Under the pieces are notes generated by a model. The model was not told where the DNA came from, searched no databases, and was given only the letters and a program-made list of their open reading frames with translations. This document shows positions 26,158-38,431 of a stretch of 64,000 nucleotides of DNA, in pieces. The DNA comes from Phoronis australis (Eukaryota; Animalia; Phoronida): assembly GCA_002633005.1 (NCBI GenBank), contig NMRA01000567.1, positions 208,778 through 272,777 on the forward strand, given 5' to 3'. Made by a program: the position numbers and the translations under genes. How positions within the stretch are numbered: the stretch's first letter is position 1; each line of letters begins with the position of its first letter.

Positions 26158-26699
26158 GGGGTCAGTTTCATAAAGTGACTGAAGACTAAAATCAGAAATT
26201 TGGTCTTCTTCTCCATACAACAATTTTTGAAAAAAATAATTGAATCTCCCTTGAGCAAAAGTATAGTCTTTGAGAATACACATTAGAACTTTTACTGAGA
26301 TATTCTATCAATTATTTTTAAGCTGTAGTCATAATTATACAGTTAGACGAACTTACCTTAAGTGAAGGATGACTGTAATTTTATGTATCCCCAGAATTCC
26401 CCCAGAGTGCTAACATGNAAACTTCCAAGATGATTATATAGGATAAGAAGAAAATGCTCAGTAGCAAAGAGTTATGCAATTGAGCGTGGTCGCGGTATAA
26501 CTTGCGCGAAAAAACCTTCCAAAGGAAAAACACGTCTTCCTCCAGAAGATAAGTCCGTGGAATGGTTCGCTTTGCGCATGTCCGTATCTCATGGTAGTAC
26601 TCGGGGGAATTCTGGGAGGAATAAAATTACTTGGCTAAACCTTTATTTAACAATTGTGTAGAAGGAACGCAAGACCCAATTTTATGAAACAGACCCCTG
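26158..26699. mobile_element. MITE with internal inverted repeat (spans N26418)
   Basis: TIR GGGGTCAGTTTCATAAA / TTTATGAAACAGACCCC; inner arms 26377-26417 vs 26590-26628. Confidence 0.6.
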
Positions 26700-28299
26700 G
26701 CCTTGTGAACAACTGACAGTTTGTTTTTGTTGCTTGAGACAATGTTCAATAAGTTGGCTCATCACCATGATCAATGATGAACTATTGGTTCCCACACAAA
26801 AATCAATTATTATCTAAGGAACAGACCCAGACTAGTTTTATAACATTTACTTGCAGTCTGTATCAGAAGTAGCTTACTTGATAGATGGTGGGTTTTAGCA
26901 GTGGTAGATAAATGTTTATGAAACTATGACAGCATTCCTATACCATTGATATTGGTATATACACAACGTGTATCCATATACATATATATCTACATACCCG
27001 TGTGTTAGAATATTTTTGTCGGTTTTGTTGTTGTTTTTGTTCAAGTGGTACCATTTAATTTATGGTTTTCGTTTTTAAGAATGGTTATCTTATGTTTTTA
27101 GTAAAATAAATACATTGTTATCCAACTTCTTGTATGTCAGTTTTTATTCTCAAACCCAGCTTCCATTTCAGTTTCAACTTCTGTGTAGAATGGTCTCATC
27201 GAGTGGTTTAGTTTCTGCTATTCATTAGCATAGTTAGGAACATGCAAATGCATCTTTCAACCAAATCACTTTCTGAGGAAAACCCTTTATAAAGTCAAAA
27301 CATGCATTATTCAGATTTTTGCTTAAAAGGACATTTTTAGTTATTAGCATTCATGGGTGGTGCGACTACAAGTTAAATGCATTGTTAGAACACTGGTATT
27401 TATTGAGCGAGATTTATCGCCACCCGCAGAGCTCATTTTATTGCAACTGCAAACATTTCTGGTTTGAAAATCACTTTTCTTGCCACGTGACTGTTCTAGT
27501 TCATCTACTTGGACCTTCAGACAAGTCTCAGTCATGTTGGATCAGAATTGAACAATTAAACTGTATTTACAAAACATTTATTACTTGAAAACATTTTCCA
27601 ACTAAGGACTGGTTTGCACTAAATTTCATCAGTTGGGCTCTGCGACTTAATAAAAAATAAAGCTTTTGCTGTGTTTAGGTTAGATACAGAAGTTGCCCTG
27701 GTTATTCAGGTGTAAGTTAGGAAACAAAGATATCACATAAAAGCTGTGCTGTTAATCGATGCTTTTTAAGTACCATTTGTATTGTCATACTTATTGTTCT
27801 AAAAGATCGCATTTTATGGTTGTTTCCGTGTACACAAATGTGTTTGTGATAATACCATGAAGTAGGCACACGCAACGTGTCTTTATTACTGTACCTCAAA
27901 ATCACAAGTACAGATAATATTCATGAATGTATACTTTGCATGAAGAATCTTACTTCTACCTGTAGCAGAAACGGAGATTTGATGAAAGTTTCTTCAACGT
28001 GTATAGTGTATTTGATGGAAAGAAAGAGTGTATTGTGTTGTACAACTATAAGTAGCAGTTGGAGATCATGCCCATGCAATACAAAATTTGAACAAAATCT
28101 AAAATTCTCTTCTCTAGACATTGCACCAACATTTTTGTACCTGGTTTCTGGTGATGACCCACCTACACCTTGGATAAGAAATCAGCAAAACCCAATGCTT
28201 CTTTCCCATAATACACCAACAACTTCAATATCAAATATCGACATGAATGCACTAATAGGGAGAAAAATGATATTCAGCACTAAAAACAATCGTGGTTTC

Positions 28300-29714
28300 T
28301 TAAAAGTGTGTGTACTTTGATGACTCCTAGCAAAAGACTTGTCTGCAGACAGTATAATTCTATAGTCTTTCACCAGTGTGTACTTTGATGACTCCTAGCA
28401 AAAGACTTGTCTGCAGACAGTATAATTCTATAGTCTTTCACCACGGTGTATGCTTGTGTGGCTGCCAAAATTACTACTCCCACTAAAGATTTGCTACAGA
28501 GAGTTTCTCACCAGTTCATACCCTTGAGTGTTGAATTAGATTACACTTCAACATGAAACCCCTTTCCACACTGTATGGTCTCTCACCAGTGTGTTTTTGT
28601 GTGCACAGTAAGACCACTGATTTTACACAGCTTTCCACAGATGGTGCAACTGTATGGCTTCCCACTGGAGCACATTCTTGAGACTTAATTAGATTCTTGA
28701 TCAGTTTCAAACCTATTCCACAGATGGCATAACAATAGGGTCTCTCATCAGAGTGTGTTCTTGTGTGGCCAGCTAGATTACTTGATGGAAACAATTACCC
28801 ACAGATAGCACAACAGTATTGCTTTTCACCAGTGTGTATTCTTGTGGGTTGAGTTGGACCACCATTGACTTCATAATACTTTCCACAGATGGGACAGCTA
28901 TATGGTTTCTCATCAGTGTGTGTTTTTGTCGCTAACTATGTCACTCCTTGACAAAAAAGAATTTCTACAGAAAGCAAAATTGAAAGGCGTCTCACTAGGA
29001 TGTCTTCTTGTGTGTGTAATTAGATTACTGCACCTCCTTAAAACTCATTCCCCAGATGGCACAACTGTATGGTCTCTCGTCAGTGTCAGCTCGTGTGTGG
29101 CCAGTCAGAACACTGTTGCATGCAGGACTTTCCACATACATAACAGCTGTATGGTCTCTCACCAGTGTGTGTTCTTGTGCGGATAGTTAGATCCTTCTTG
29201 CTCCCAAAAGACTATCCACACATGCCACAAATTTGTGGTAAAGATGCGAGTTCGTAATAGCTTAAAAATGTTGCGTTTCATACAACCGTACAGTTTCTTC
29301 CTCGTGTGTGCGCCGCAAGATTGTGCCTTGTCCCATATCCTTAGCTGTATTTATTGCAGTGATATTGCACATCACTACGACTTTTGTTACCCATAGTAAA
29401 GTCACCAGTCATAGCCTCACTGCTACCTTCTACATGAAGGGTAATCGTCACACTCCAGCTTGAACTCTGTAGGTACAAATATACCGTTACCCACAGAACA
29501 GCCCAATTCATCGTAACTATCCTGGTATTTAATACCCTACTGTTTGATATAACCATCTTCTTCACTAAGCTCTCTTCCACTGTCAACAGTATCAACTCCA
29601 AGACCCTTATTCCCGCCTCTTAACGTTGCTTCGCACTCTTCACAAACTCTTGGTGTAACAACTCATCAGGTTTTTGCATGATCACAGCAGTTTTCTTTGT
29701 TCATAGTGAAGACA
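28300..29714 (-). pseudogene. C2H2 zinc-finger pseudogene (paralog A)
   Basis: Acceptor then MNKENCC, an early frameshift, and many degenerate fingers with HTGERPY/HSDERPY linkers broken by stops and frameshifts. Confidence 0.85.
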
Positions 29715-32084
29715 CTAAAATTAGAAATACTGACATGAAGAAATACAAAATTGACAACTTCAATTACACACATTGCCTCAACACGTACAGCTAAGATAAG
29801 GTAATGATAAAATCACACCAATTTCAGACTCAATTTGGCGGACAAGTGAAATTTTATTTCATCATTTTTCCATGACTAGACGTAGTGCATAATTAAATAC
29901 TTTTCCGCATTATAGTTTTGTACCACATCTACAACGGAACAAATGTTTTGAAAAATTGTAGGCATTCATGACTGTTGTGTTCAAAACTCTCACATAACTG
30001 AAAAATGTGATTTTGGGGAATTCTTTTTGTGTGAAAGTGTGATTTTATCGTATTTGTTTTAAGTCTGAATTTTTAAAGCTAAATTTTCAAAGTAGATAAT
30101 GTAACGTTTCCAGCATTATAATCTGTCATGATTCAAGACTTTTGAGATAAGCTACTTGGAGCACTGCTTCTAAAACTTTATATCAGGTGTCAGCAACTTA
30201 TGGCTAGCAAGTTAGCATGTAAACCATGGCAACCATGTAAAAATATAACACACCAGCATGGCAGACATGTAAAGCAAAAAAAACTGTTATGTGGCGAACA
30301 TAAAAGTACTACCACGCTGGCACGTAACATGTAGAATCCGCCAAGTAAAAAAGGGCAAACATGCAAGGTACTGCCTCACTAGAGAGAAGAGCACGGCAAC
30401 CATGCAAAAGTGCGACACATTAGCCTGGCAAATGGTAGAGGTGTAATGTATGATCATCATAGAACTGTCAACAAAGACATGCTTTCAATAGGCTTGGTAA
30501 TTCTGGAAAGACAGCAGGGCGATAACCACCCAATGTGAATGACCAAACATTTATAATATATAAAAATTTACAACAATAGATTTGACAATTCAAGTGCTCA
30601 AATACTGTTAAGAAACCAGTTAAAGTTTATTTTATTGGCAGGACGCTTCCATAAAGCATGGTTTTGGTTGTGATACAGCTGAAACCTAAGTTTGCTGTGT
30701 ACATATTGTTTAACAGTGGCCGATAAACTTACTATTAAACCAAGGACCCCAAATCAACTGGACAAATTATTAGGAGAGTGGTTGTGTGACCCCATTTCTA
30801 ATGGGTTTGTTGCCGTTCATTGCATTGCTTTGCCGCTGGGACTATCAGAACTAATGTAGGATTTCTGGGCACATTATAAAATTATTATAGGCTATGTAGG
30901 TGACATGTATTGTCACTGTATTATTTAGTTTACAAAAGACAGTTGTATTTGTGCAGATTTCACAAAATCAAGGCATTCCTACCCTTTCCAAAACATAAGA
31001 CTGGTCTTAGATGTCACCGGGGGAGCCCAACATATATGTGTCAGTTTTTGACAATGAAAAAAGCCCAGAGCTCAGGAATGTCTTTAATGATGACAAATAA
31101 GACACTTTTCCAAACAAAAATTCCAAGTAACACTTCACTGTTGATTAGTGATGAAATGATGAAATTCTGTTCAAGACTACAATGAAAAAGACTGTCTCTG
31201 TTTTTAATTTACAGCCAATAATCGCACATAATATGTATGCCAGATAATTACAGTTCCAAAATTCAATACGAATGGTAAATATTCCATCCATGATTTTTTC
31301 AATTTAAGATCTTCATTCTTATGAGCTGTATCCATGATTTGATTCTCAATTTTTGTTCTGAAATTAGAACATTGAAGATGGTATATTGATTCGCACTTGG
31401 AAATTCTATATTAAATCCGAAAAAGAAAATGAATTTTTTTTGACAGACATTATTCCATTGGTTAAATTCTGCGATCATTCCATTAATAAATTTTACAACC
31501 AATCACAATGCCCCAATTCTCAAAAAAAATAATTTGATAGATTGAAAGTTATAAAATATTTGCTCTCATGGCTGATTGGGTTTATTCTTTAACTAGATGT
31601 CTATATATACCAGTACTTCCATTTGTTGAGACAGAACTTTCATGGAAGTCGGAATTGTTCAGCAAAAATCAGGCAAGAATGGACCACGAAACATGTGCCT
31701 CCAGAATATGCGATCGTCTGTGTTCTTCGTTGTGGCAGGAGTAATTACTAGATATTGAATGTTGCATATTTTTTACAGGGAGAAATTGAAAAGATACGCA
31801 TAACTTTCTGAGAACGTGTAAGGCACAACCTTTTTTATTTACTAGAGATTTCGACATCATTTATAGCAACCTCAAATTTTGTTTTGTAACCTGGGATTTT
31901 CACCAAGTCGCCAAATGACACATAGAATCAAGCTAAGCATTAAGCACTGCATTTCTAATGATACGGTGGGACTTTCCTGTAACGACATCACCTTTGATTT
32001 GATAGTATTTTGCTCAATACAACTACCTGATGTTACTCTGAGGGTCTTTTCATGAAAAGTGACTTATGACTTAAGACACAACTT

Positions 32085-32471
32085 TGAGACTCTCGACATA
32101 AATATGTTTTTAAATGCACCAAGAGACCATACCCTTAACCTCCTTGCTACATTCACTACACTGCTACACCATGCACACCACCAACACTGTTGTTGGCGGA
32201 TGCAGTTGTATCATTTGTTATAGCCACGCTGTTACCTTGTACATTGGTGTACTCATCACACTCCATTTCAAATTCCGTTGGTACAAATATGCTGGTATCC
32301 ACGGAGCACACCACTTGATCATTATCGCCAATAGCATTACATTCTTGGCTACGCTGGTCATTCTGATTGCTAACATTTTGTCCCTCACTATTTACTAACT
32401 CCTTGTAGCTCAGTTCATAAGAAGGTTCTTGATTGATCACCAATCCAAAGCAGTTTTCCTTATTCACAACT
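32085..32471 (-). pseudogene. Truncated zinc-finger paralog B (N-terminal region only)
   Basis: VVNKENCFGLVINQEPSYELSYKELVNS...IFVPTEFEMECDEY is homologous to the N-termini at 49403 and 54962; it has no ATG, stops at 32156, and only a relic of finger 1 follows. Confidence 0.75.
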
Positions 32472-33576
32472 CTGAAAATGGAAACATAGAAACTGTAAAG
32501 GAATTCACCACAGAAATTTCTTTTATTGCATATGCTGTCTTAACAAACACACCCAGTACATGACTTATAATTTGCATTCATCAGGTCTTACCAGACTGGA
32601 TACCACGATCAGTCACAGCACAGCAATGACAAGATTGTGCCTAGTAATTTAAACGGTTTCTACCACCTTTTTTATTTTGCCACTGATTTGAAATGCTTTT
32701 GTCAACAACATGTGTACTTTATGGTTTCACTGTCATAGTAATCCAGTATAGTTAGTTTCACATATTTGTGCACAATTATTTACACTACCATTTCTCTTTA
32801 AACATGAAAATTAACTTTATACTCATTTTAAAACTACCTGGTTGACTTTTCAACATCTTCTGATTTGAATAATTCCTCAGTGTCTTCAAAACTGAAAAAA
32901 TTAGGAAATACATGCAAATGAATGTTGTACATGTGATTCTAAGGTTACTAATGGCACTGATCTCCATGTACTGTGTACTCATATACACATGCTAACGGCT
33001 CCAAATACCAGTGAGAATATTCGAGGTGTGTAATAAAAGTAATCACAACTTCTGATCACCTCATAACAAGCTTCATTTCTCCCTGTTTAGGTGGCTGAAA
33101 AAAAAATTAAATTACATTTACTTTTTTAAAATCAAGCCCTATTGTCACAGTAGCTCTCAGGGTCTCAAAAATTATGCACCATCTTCAGGGACTTGTTCTC
33201 TGATACCAGCGAGAACACACAAAACTTCCAACACGCCAAGAAATGCATTGGACAATCGGTGATTAAACTTGGGATGGTCAACCACGATATTCGAAAATGG
33301 AGTTCAGGAACTTTCACACAAAATAGGTCAGTCACATGACATAACAGTGACCATTTCTTGAGAGCATATCGCAGTTCAGCTGCTGGTTTTGGCACTTCAG
33401 ATAAGAGCTCAAAAGCGATATGTTAGTGTGCGTCTGTGTGTCAGTGTGTGCGTGTTCAACAGATCCATAACGAGGAACGACAATGCATTAAATGTTACAC
33501 AACTTTATGGATGACTTTTTTAATGCCTATTGCATTCCAAGAGTCTCAGGTCATGGAAGGCAATAGCATTCCAGTA

Positions 33577-33975
33577 CCGGGATTTTCCATAGATAAGCCC
33601 ACCTGATGAAACGACCATGGGCGTTTATTCGGAAAATTATGCTGAATAAACGCTTATGGGAGTTACAACTTCACGTGTCCTAAGTGGGGCATTTATTCGA
33701 AAAAGTTAAAAGCCCACTAAGCGTCAACTTTTAGTCACAAACTCAGTTTTGTGGAGCATTTATCATTTATAAAACTAAGTGCTGGGGATCTATGCATTTC
33801 TTAGCATATTTAAAAACACAGTTTTAAGTTAAAATGTTCAAGTCTGGAAACCTATGACTTTCCCTTTACATGCCCCCCTTTCCAGGCATTTATTTGGTGT
33901 TACTAAAATGCCTGATTTTTTTCATTTTCCAAATGCACACCGCCGACCCATGGACTAATCGACAGAAAATCCTGG
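33577..33975. mobile_element. Tc1/mariner-type MITE
   Basis: TA-flanked TIR CCGGGATTTTCCATAGATAAGCCCA / TGGACTAATCGACAGAAAATCCTGG. Confidence 0.6.
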
Positions 33976-34102
33976 TAAGGCGACCTATAGACAAATCCCC
34001 GAGATAATTACACCACAGGGAAATGTGCTCACTGCTCAGCCCTGCGTACAATACAGATGAACATTTGACGACTAAGATGCTGCTGAAGACGTAGTCTTCT
34101 AT

Positions 34103-34517
34103 GCTCGGTTGAATGAAGCAATCCTAAACAGGGACTCAACTAAGTTCCCTAAATCTGCTGCATATTTGTGGACTTGAGTGCCCTTTTATATACTGTTTTA
34201 GTTTCATTACTGAGTCAACTTTTGGCTTTGATACAAATCGAGAGTGAACTGGACCTTGAATTCTCAATATTATATCGAAAACGTATCTAGGGATCTTTTC
34301 ATGCAACGTTCCTAAGTCCTATTCATTTTCATTGTTGAATTCAGGGCTCACTTACACTTGTATTATTAGAAATTGTCTTTAGTCAAAGATTTGATTAAAA
34401 TGAAGATGAAATGATAGAAAAAGATTACATCTGTGAGTAAACAAGGACGCAAATAGGCAAAAGATTTAGGGAACTTAAATTTGAGTCCATATTTGGGACT
34501 GTTTCATGCAACCCGGC
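34103..34517. mobile_element. MITE
   Basis: ~50-bp imperfect TIRs containing GGACTCAA..TAAGTTCCCTAAATC. Confidence 0.7.
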
Positions 34518-35355
34518 TCTGGGATTAAAAAATACAGGGAAAGGTTATTCAGTGCCAATTCTAAAACAATTGAGTAAAAACTGGAATATCATTTGATGAA
34601 GCGAGCAAAATTTAACATCAATAACTCCCAGAACGGCCAGAAGGAATACATAGTTTTTAACGAGCAAGACATTTTTGTCAGCAGCTAAAACTAAGTGTGA
34701 AACAATACTGAGAGCATCTACCATAGGGCTTGATTCAGATGATTTAAGTAGATGTGTTGAGCAGGACATTTTAGGACCAAACATAGCTCCTCATCAATCA
34801 GAAACCAAAATGTGTTATCTCAGAAATCTCTACACAGATTGGCTGAACACCTTGAGGCAATGCATTGCTTACTCAAAAGTTACCAGCAGCTCCCTGGGAT
34901 ACTAAGTGGCTTTCAGTTGGCAAGTTACCCATGAGGATCACTAATCTGTATACAATTAACTAAAACTTGGCCTAGTTTAGTGGACCACCTGCAGACATGG
35001 TCAAGCAACTGACATCATGAATGAGGGATATGCAAATTCAAATTACATACCATTCTCCTGGAGTGTAAAAATCAAGAATTTCCACTATCACGATCTAATC
35101 TAGAATCACGCTCACTTTAATATGTCAAGCATGCCTTTTGTGTTTGTACACAATATTGTGGTCAGGGCTTACAGTTCCAAAAAGGAATCAACAGGTGAAA
35201 GTTAGACTAATTTCTCTGAGAGTCAGCTTTTTTCTCTATTCCAAGTTTTTTGGAGAAAGTATTTCATACGAAAAACATCTGCATCACCACATTTGTTGAA
35301 AGTCGTTGGCATATAGCAGTTTTAAATATCGGTAAGCGTCAGGCGTGCTGTTAAG

Positions 35356-35388
35356 TTACAACCTAGGAACCAGGTTCCTACTTACAAC
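35356..35388. repeat. 19-bp palindrome with 7-bp flanking direct repeat (copy 1)
   Basis: TTACAAC-CTAGGAACCAGGTTCCTAC-TTACAAC. Confidence 0.8.
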
Positions 35389-38300
35389 ATTATTGCTGAA
35401 TTACATGAGCATCAGATGAAAGCAGACAATAAGAGAGCTGGACAGTGTAAACATTGGATTGCAACTGTCAAACTGATAAAGACACCCCAGCTGTATCCTG
35501 ACTGGCCGATAAATCAGGATACTCATTCCACAGCACGGGTGCAGATCGAGGATTTTTAGTTGGGGGGGCAGGGCAGTTGTTTACAATATGACGACATTCG
35601 CACCCCTCGGACTGTCAAATAGAATTTGAGAGAATTTAACAGGGGGCAATGGCCCCCTTGCCCAACCCACCCTCCATTATAAATCGTCCAGTGCACCTAG
35701 CTTTTAACCATATATAAATAAAGCATAAAAATATTTCCAGGTGATCAGTGCAATAGGCCCACATGCGAGGCCTGCGCACGTCTGGTACAACGTGTATCAG
35801 ACCGCCTGCAATTATTTTTTTTATAGCTTTGCCCAGTGCTGACTGGGTATGGCTGATAAATTTGCACACCTGATTTAGATCAGATGGCGGCTGGTTGAAG
35901 GAGCATCATTTGAAAAAAAGTGAAAATTAAATTGTTGCCGAAAATGAAGAATATAATGGGACTATTCATAAAATTTACATTAACTAGAGGGCGCGTGTGT
36001 ACTAGTGGTGATAGATTAAGCAGCCTCGATTTCGCGAGCCCTTAAAATACATGGTGAAATGGCTTGCAGCCGTGCCAACTGAATCTGAGATTGCGTGAAG
36101 AGGGTGCTTCTATGAGAGGAAGTAAGCACGACCTTAAACAAAGGCAAGGTTTGTGATTATTTTAACGATTGTTCCATGTTTATTCTGATGCCTGTTAACT
36201 GAGGTACTCACCGATGTCGACTTCGCGGCAGTTGCCAGTCGAGTTAGTCTGTTTGTTGTTATGTGTGTTACGATACTTGACATAGCACTCGGGATTTTTT
36301 CGTACACTAAAGCAGTATTATTGTTTGAATGATTTCTAACAGGCTTATCAGTGACAGTTACATCAATCAATGCTGAATGTTTATGCTGTCAACTCCATAT
36401 TGGTTAGTGAGTTAAGATTACAATCCAAGCCCAATGGCAATTGGTAGGTAACAAATATCCATTAGACTATTTGTTTACTCCCTATCCTATGTCTTCCGGA
36501 AATCTATTACACGTTGAAATGGAAATCTATCATGTCTGTTTTCACGTGACCTTTGGTTTTTAGGTTTGAGGGCTTGTACCGAGTACAGGAGATATGCAAG
36601 ACTTCATAGCATTTCCACACACCAGCAGCGCTGCATGGCACAATGTACAAGTCAGTGGCCCTGGAGAAATGTGATTCGCAGTATTAAGTTACCATAAGAC
36701 AATGTGCCAGTGGATTGTTTGTGTATGAAGATGAACTATGTCTGACTGCTACACAAGTCGTCCGGGAAATGACGTTCAGTAACGTTCAGTGACTGCATCG
36801 ATTGTCTTACTGTCAGTAGAAAGCCCGTAAATGTTACACTTTTGATGATCAAATAAATGTTTCAACAGGCAAGTTTGTCACTAATTATTGAAACCACTAT
36901 ATTTCTTCAGTTTTAAAGCCTCATACAGTGCAGTTGTGCTTATTATTCATTATAAAAGCTGAAATGGTTACCAAATGCGCTTGCAAATTGTCACTTTCCT
37001 GTTGACCTATAGAAATGTGCAGCAATCAAAATGAAGTATTTCCTTTGTTTGCATCTGATTTGTTTGTGCATGTATGTATTTTTGGAGCTTTCTTGAAAAG
37101 GCCTTTGAACAATTTTAAGTTTTGTGGTAACCAGTCTATGAACAAAAGTTCCACATGCAAGAAAAGTATGTTTTCAACTGTAGCTAGCTGGATAAGAAAC
37201 TTCTATGCACAAGATTCGAGAATAAGCAATTATCAGTGTATTTAAAAACAAAATGGCAAACTGAACTACATACATACAAAGAAACAACATTGTTAAAACA
37301 ACTGTAATTTTCCCAATGCAATGCAGTCCATAATCAGGCATATCAAGTGCAGAATTTCTGAATTAGGTTCAATTCTCTCGGGTTATTTCTGAAGGATTGC
37401 TTTTCACGTTGTCCAAAGGTAAAATAGACGGTCAGGCGGTTGGTTTGTCGTTTTCTCTCACCTGTAACAGAATAGACAGAGAAATATTAGCAGATTACAA
37501 AAGAAAACACAAGACGAAACCATTTTTGTAAGGCAGAACATGCTTGACATTTCATTTCATGTTACTTTATATGTAGAAAATAATAATCTCTGTACCCAAG
37601 TCTTATTAAAGATCTGAATATAAATATGTAAAACCGGCTAAAAATGATTTAACAATGTGTATTTTTCATGACACCTACAATGTGCTTCTGATCTCAACAA
37701 GTAATTCATTCTAAGTGTCAATTTTAGTCCAATGCAATGTTACAACATTTACTGGATACTGCTTATTCATGTTAATTCGATAACTAATCGGTAAGTCCTG
37801 GGGGTGGGGTCCACTACAAGATAAGGAAACTCACTCATCTAGAGAATTTTATTGGACATAGCATAGCTTGAAGAGAAACTGTTGTGAAAAAGTCACCCTT
37901 AACTTCTGAGCGTCATGTACCATACACCTCTGGCTCTTATATTGGCCGCACTCCCACCAAGGACAATATGTGCATATGTTATGCTAGCCTACAAGGCCTC
38001 CGAGTCCCAGGTGAGTTTCCGAAAATAAACACTTCATTCCACTCAATAAACCCATTCTTCAGTAGGGTAACTGGTGGGGATAACATCATCGAACGATGTC
38101 GATAGAAACTGACTGCTAAAGACTTACCAAGTAACGTTATGTAGTCACCCAAATGCATATAGGGGCTTCAGCATCCACACACATTTTGTCAGTTGGTTGA
38201 CCCTTTTGACCGCAATTCTTCACGAATGTAGTAACCTTAGGTCTTTTGGGAATTTGTGGCCACCTGTCGACGACTTGCACCAGGGAAAATAGCACTAATA

Positions 38301-38431
38301 AGGCTTAGCGCGACGACGTAATTTCATAACAATTCTGTCTTTTTACCAGCTGTTTATATGCAGACAGCGACGCATGCGCAATTCAATCACCACTAGTACA
38401 GCAGCGACACCGCAAGGAGAATTCTCCGAAT

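Noticed and set aside
34545-34905. Short ORFs with a faint transposase-like look (KTKCETIL)
   Set aside because: Too little similarity to support a call
37880-38100. Possible intronic snoRNA/scaRNA (ATGATG, CTGA, ANANNA, ACA on minus strand)
   Set aside because: Boxes are imperfect and short, and the guide match to rRNA is not exact; needs an Rfam scan
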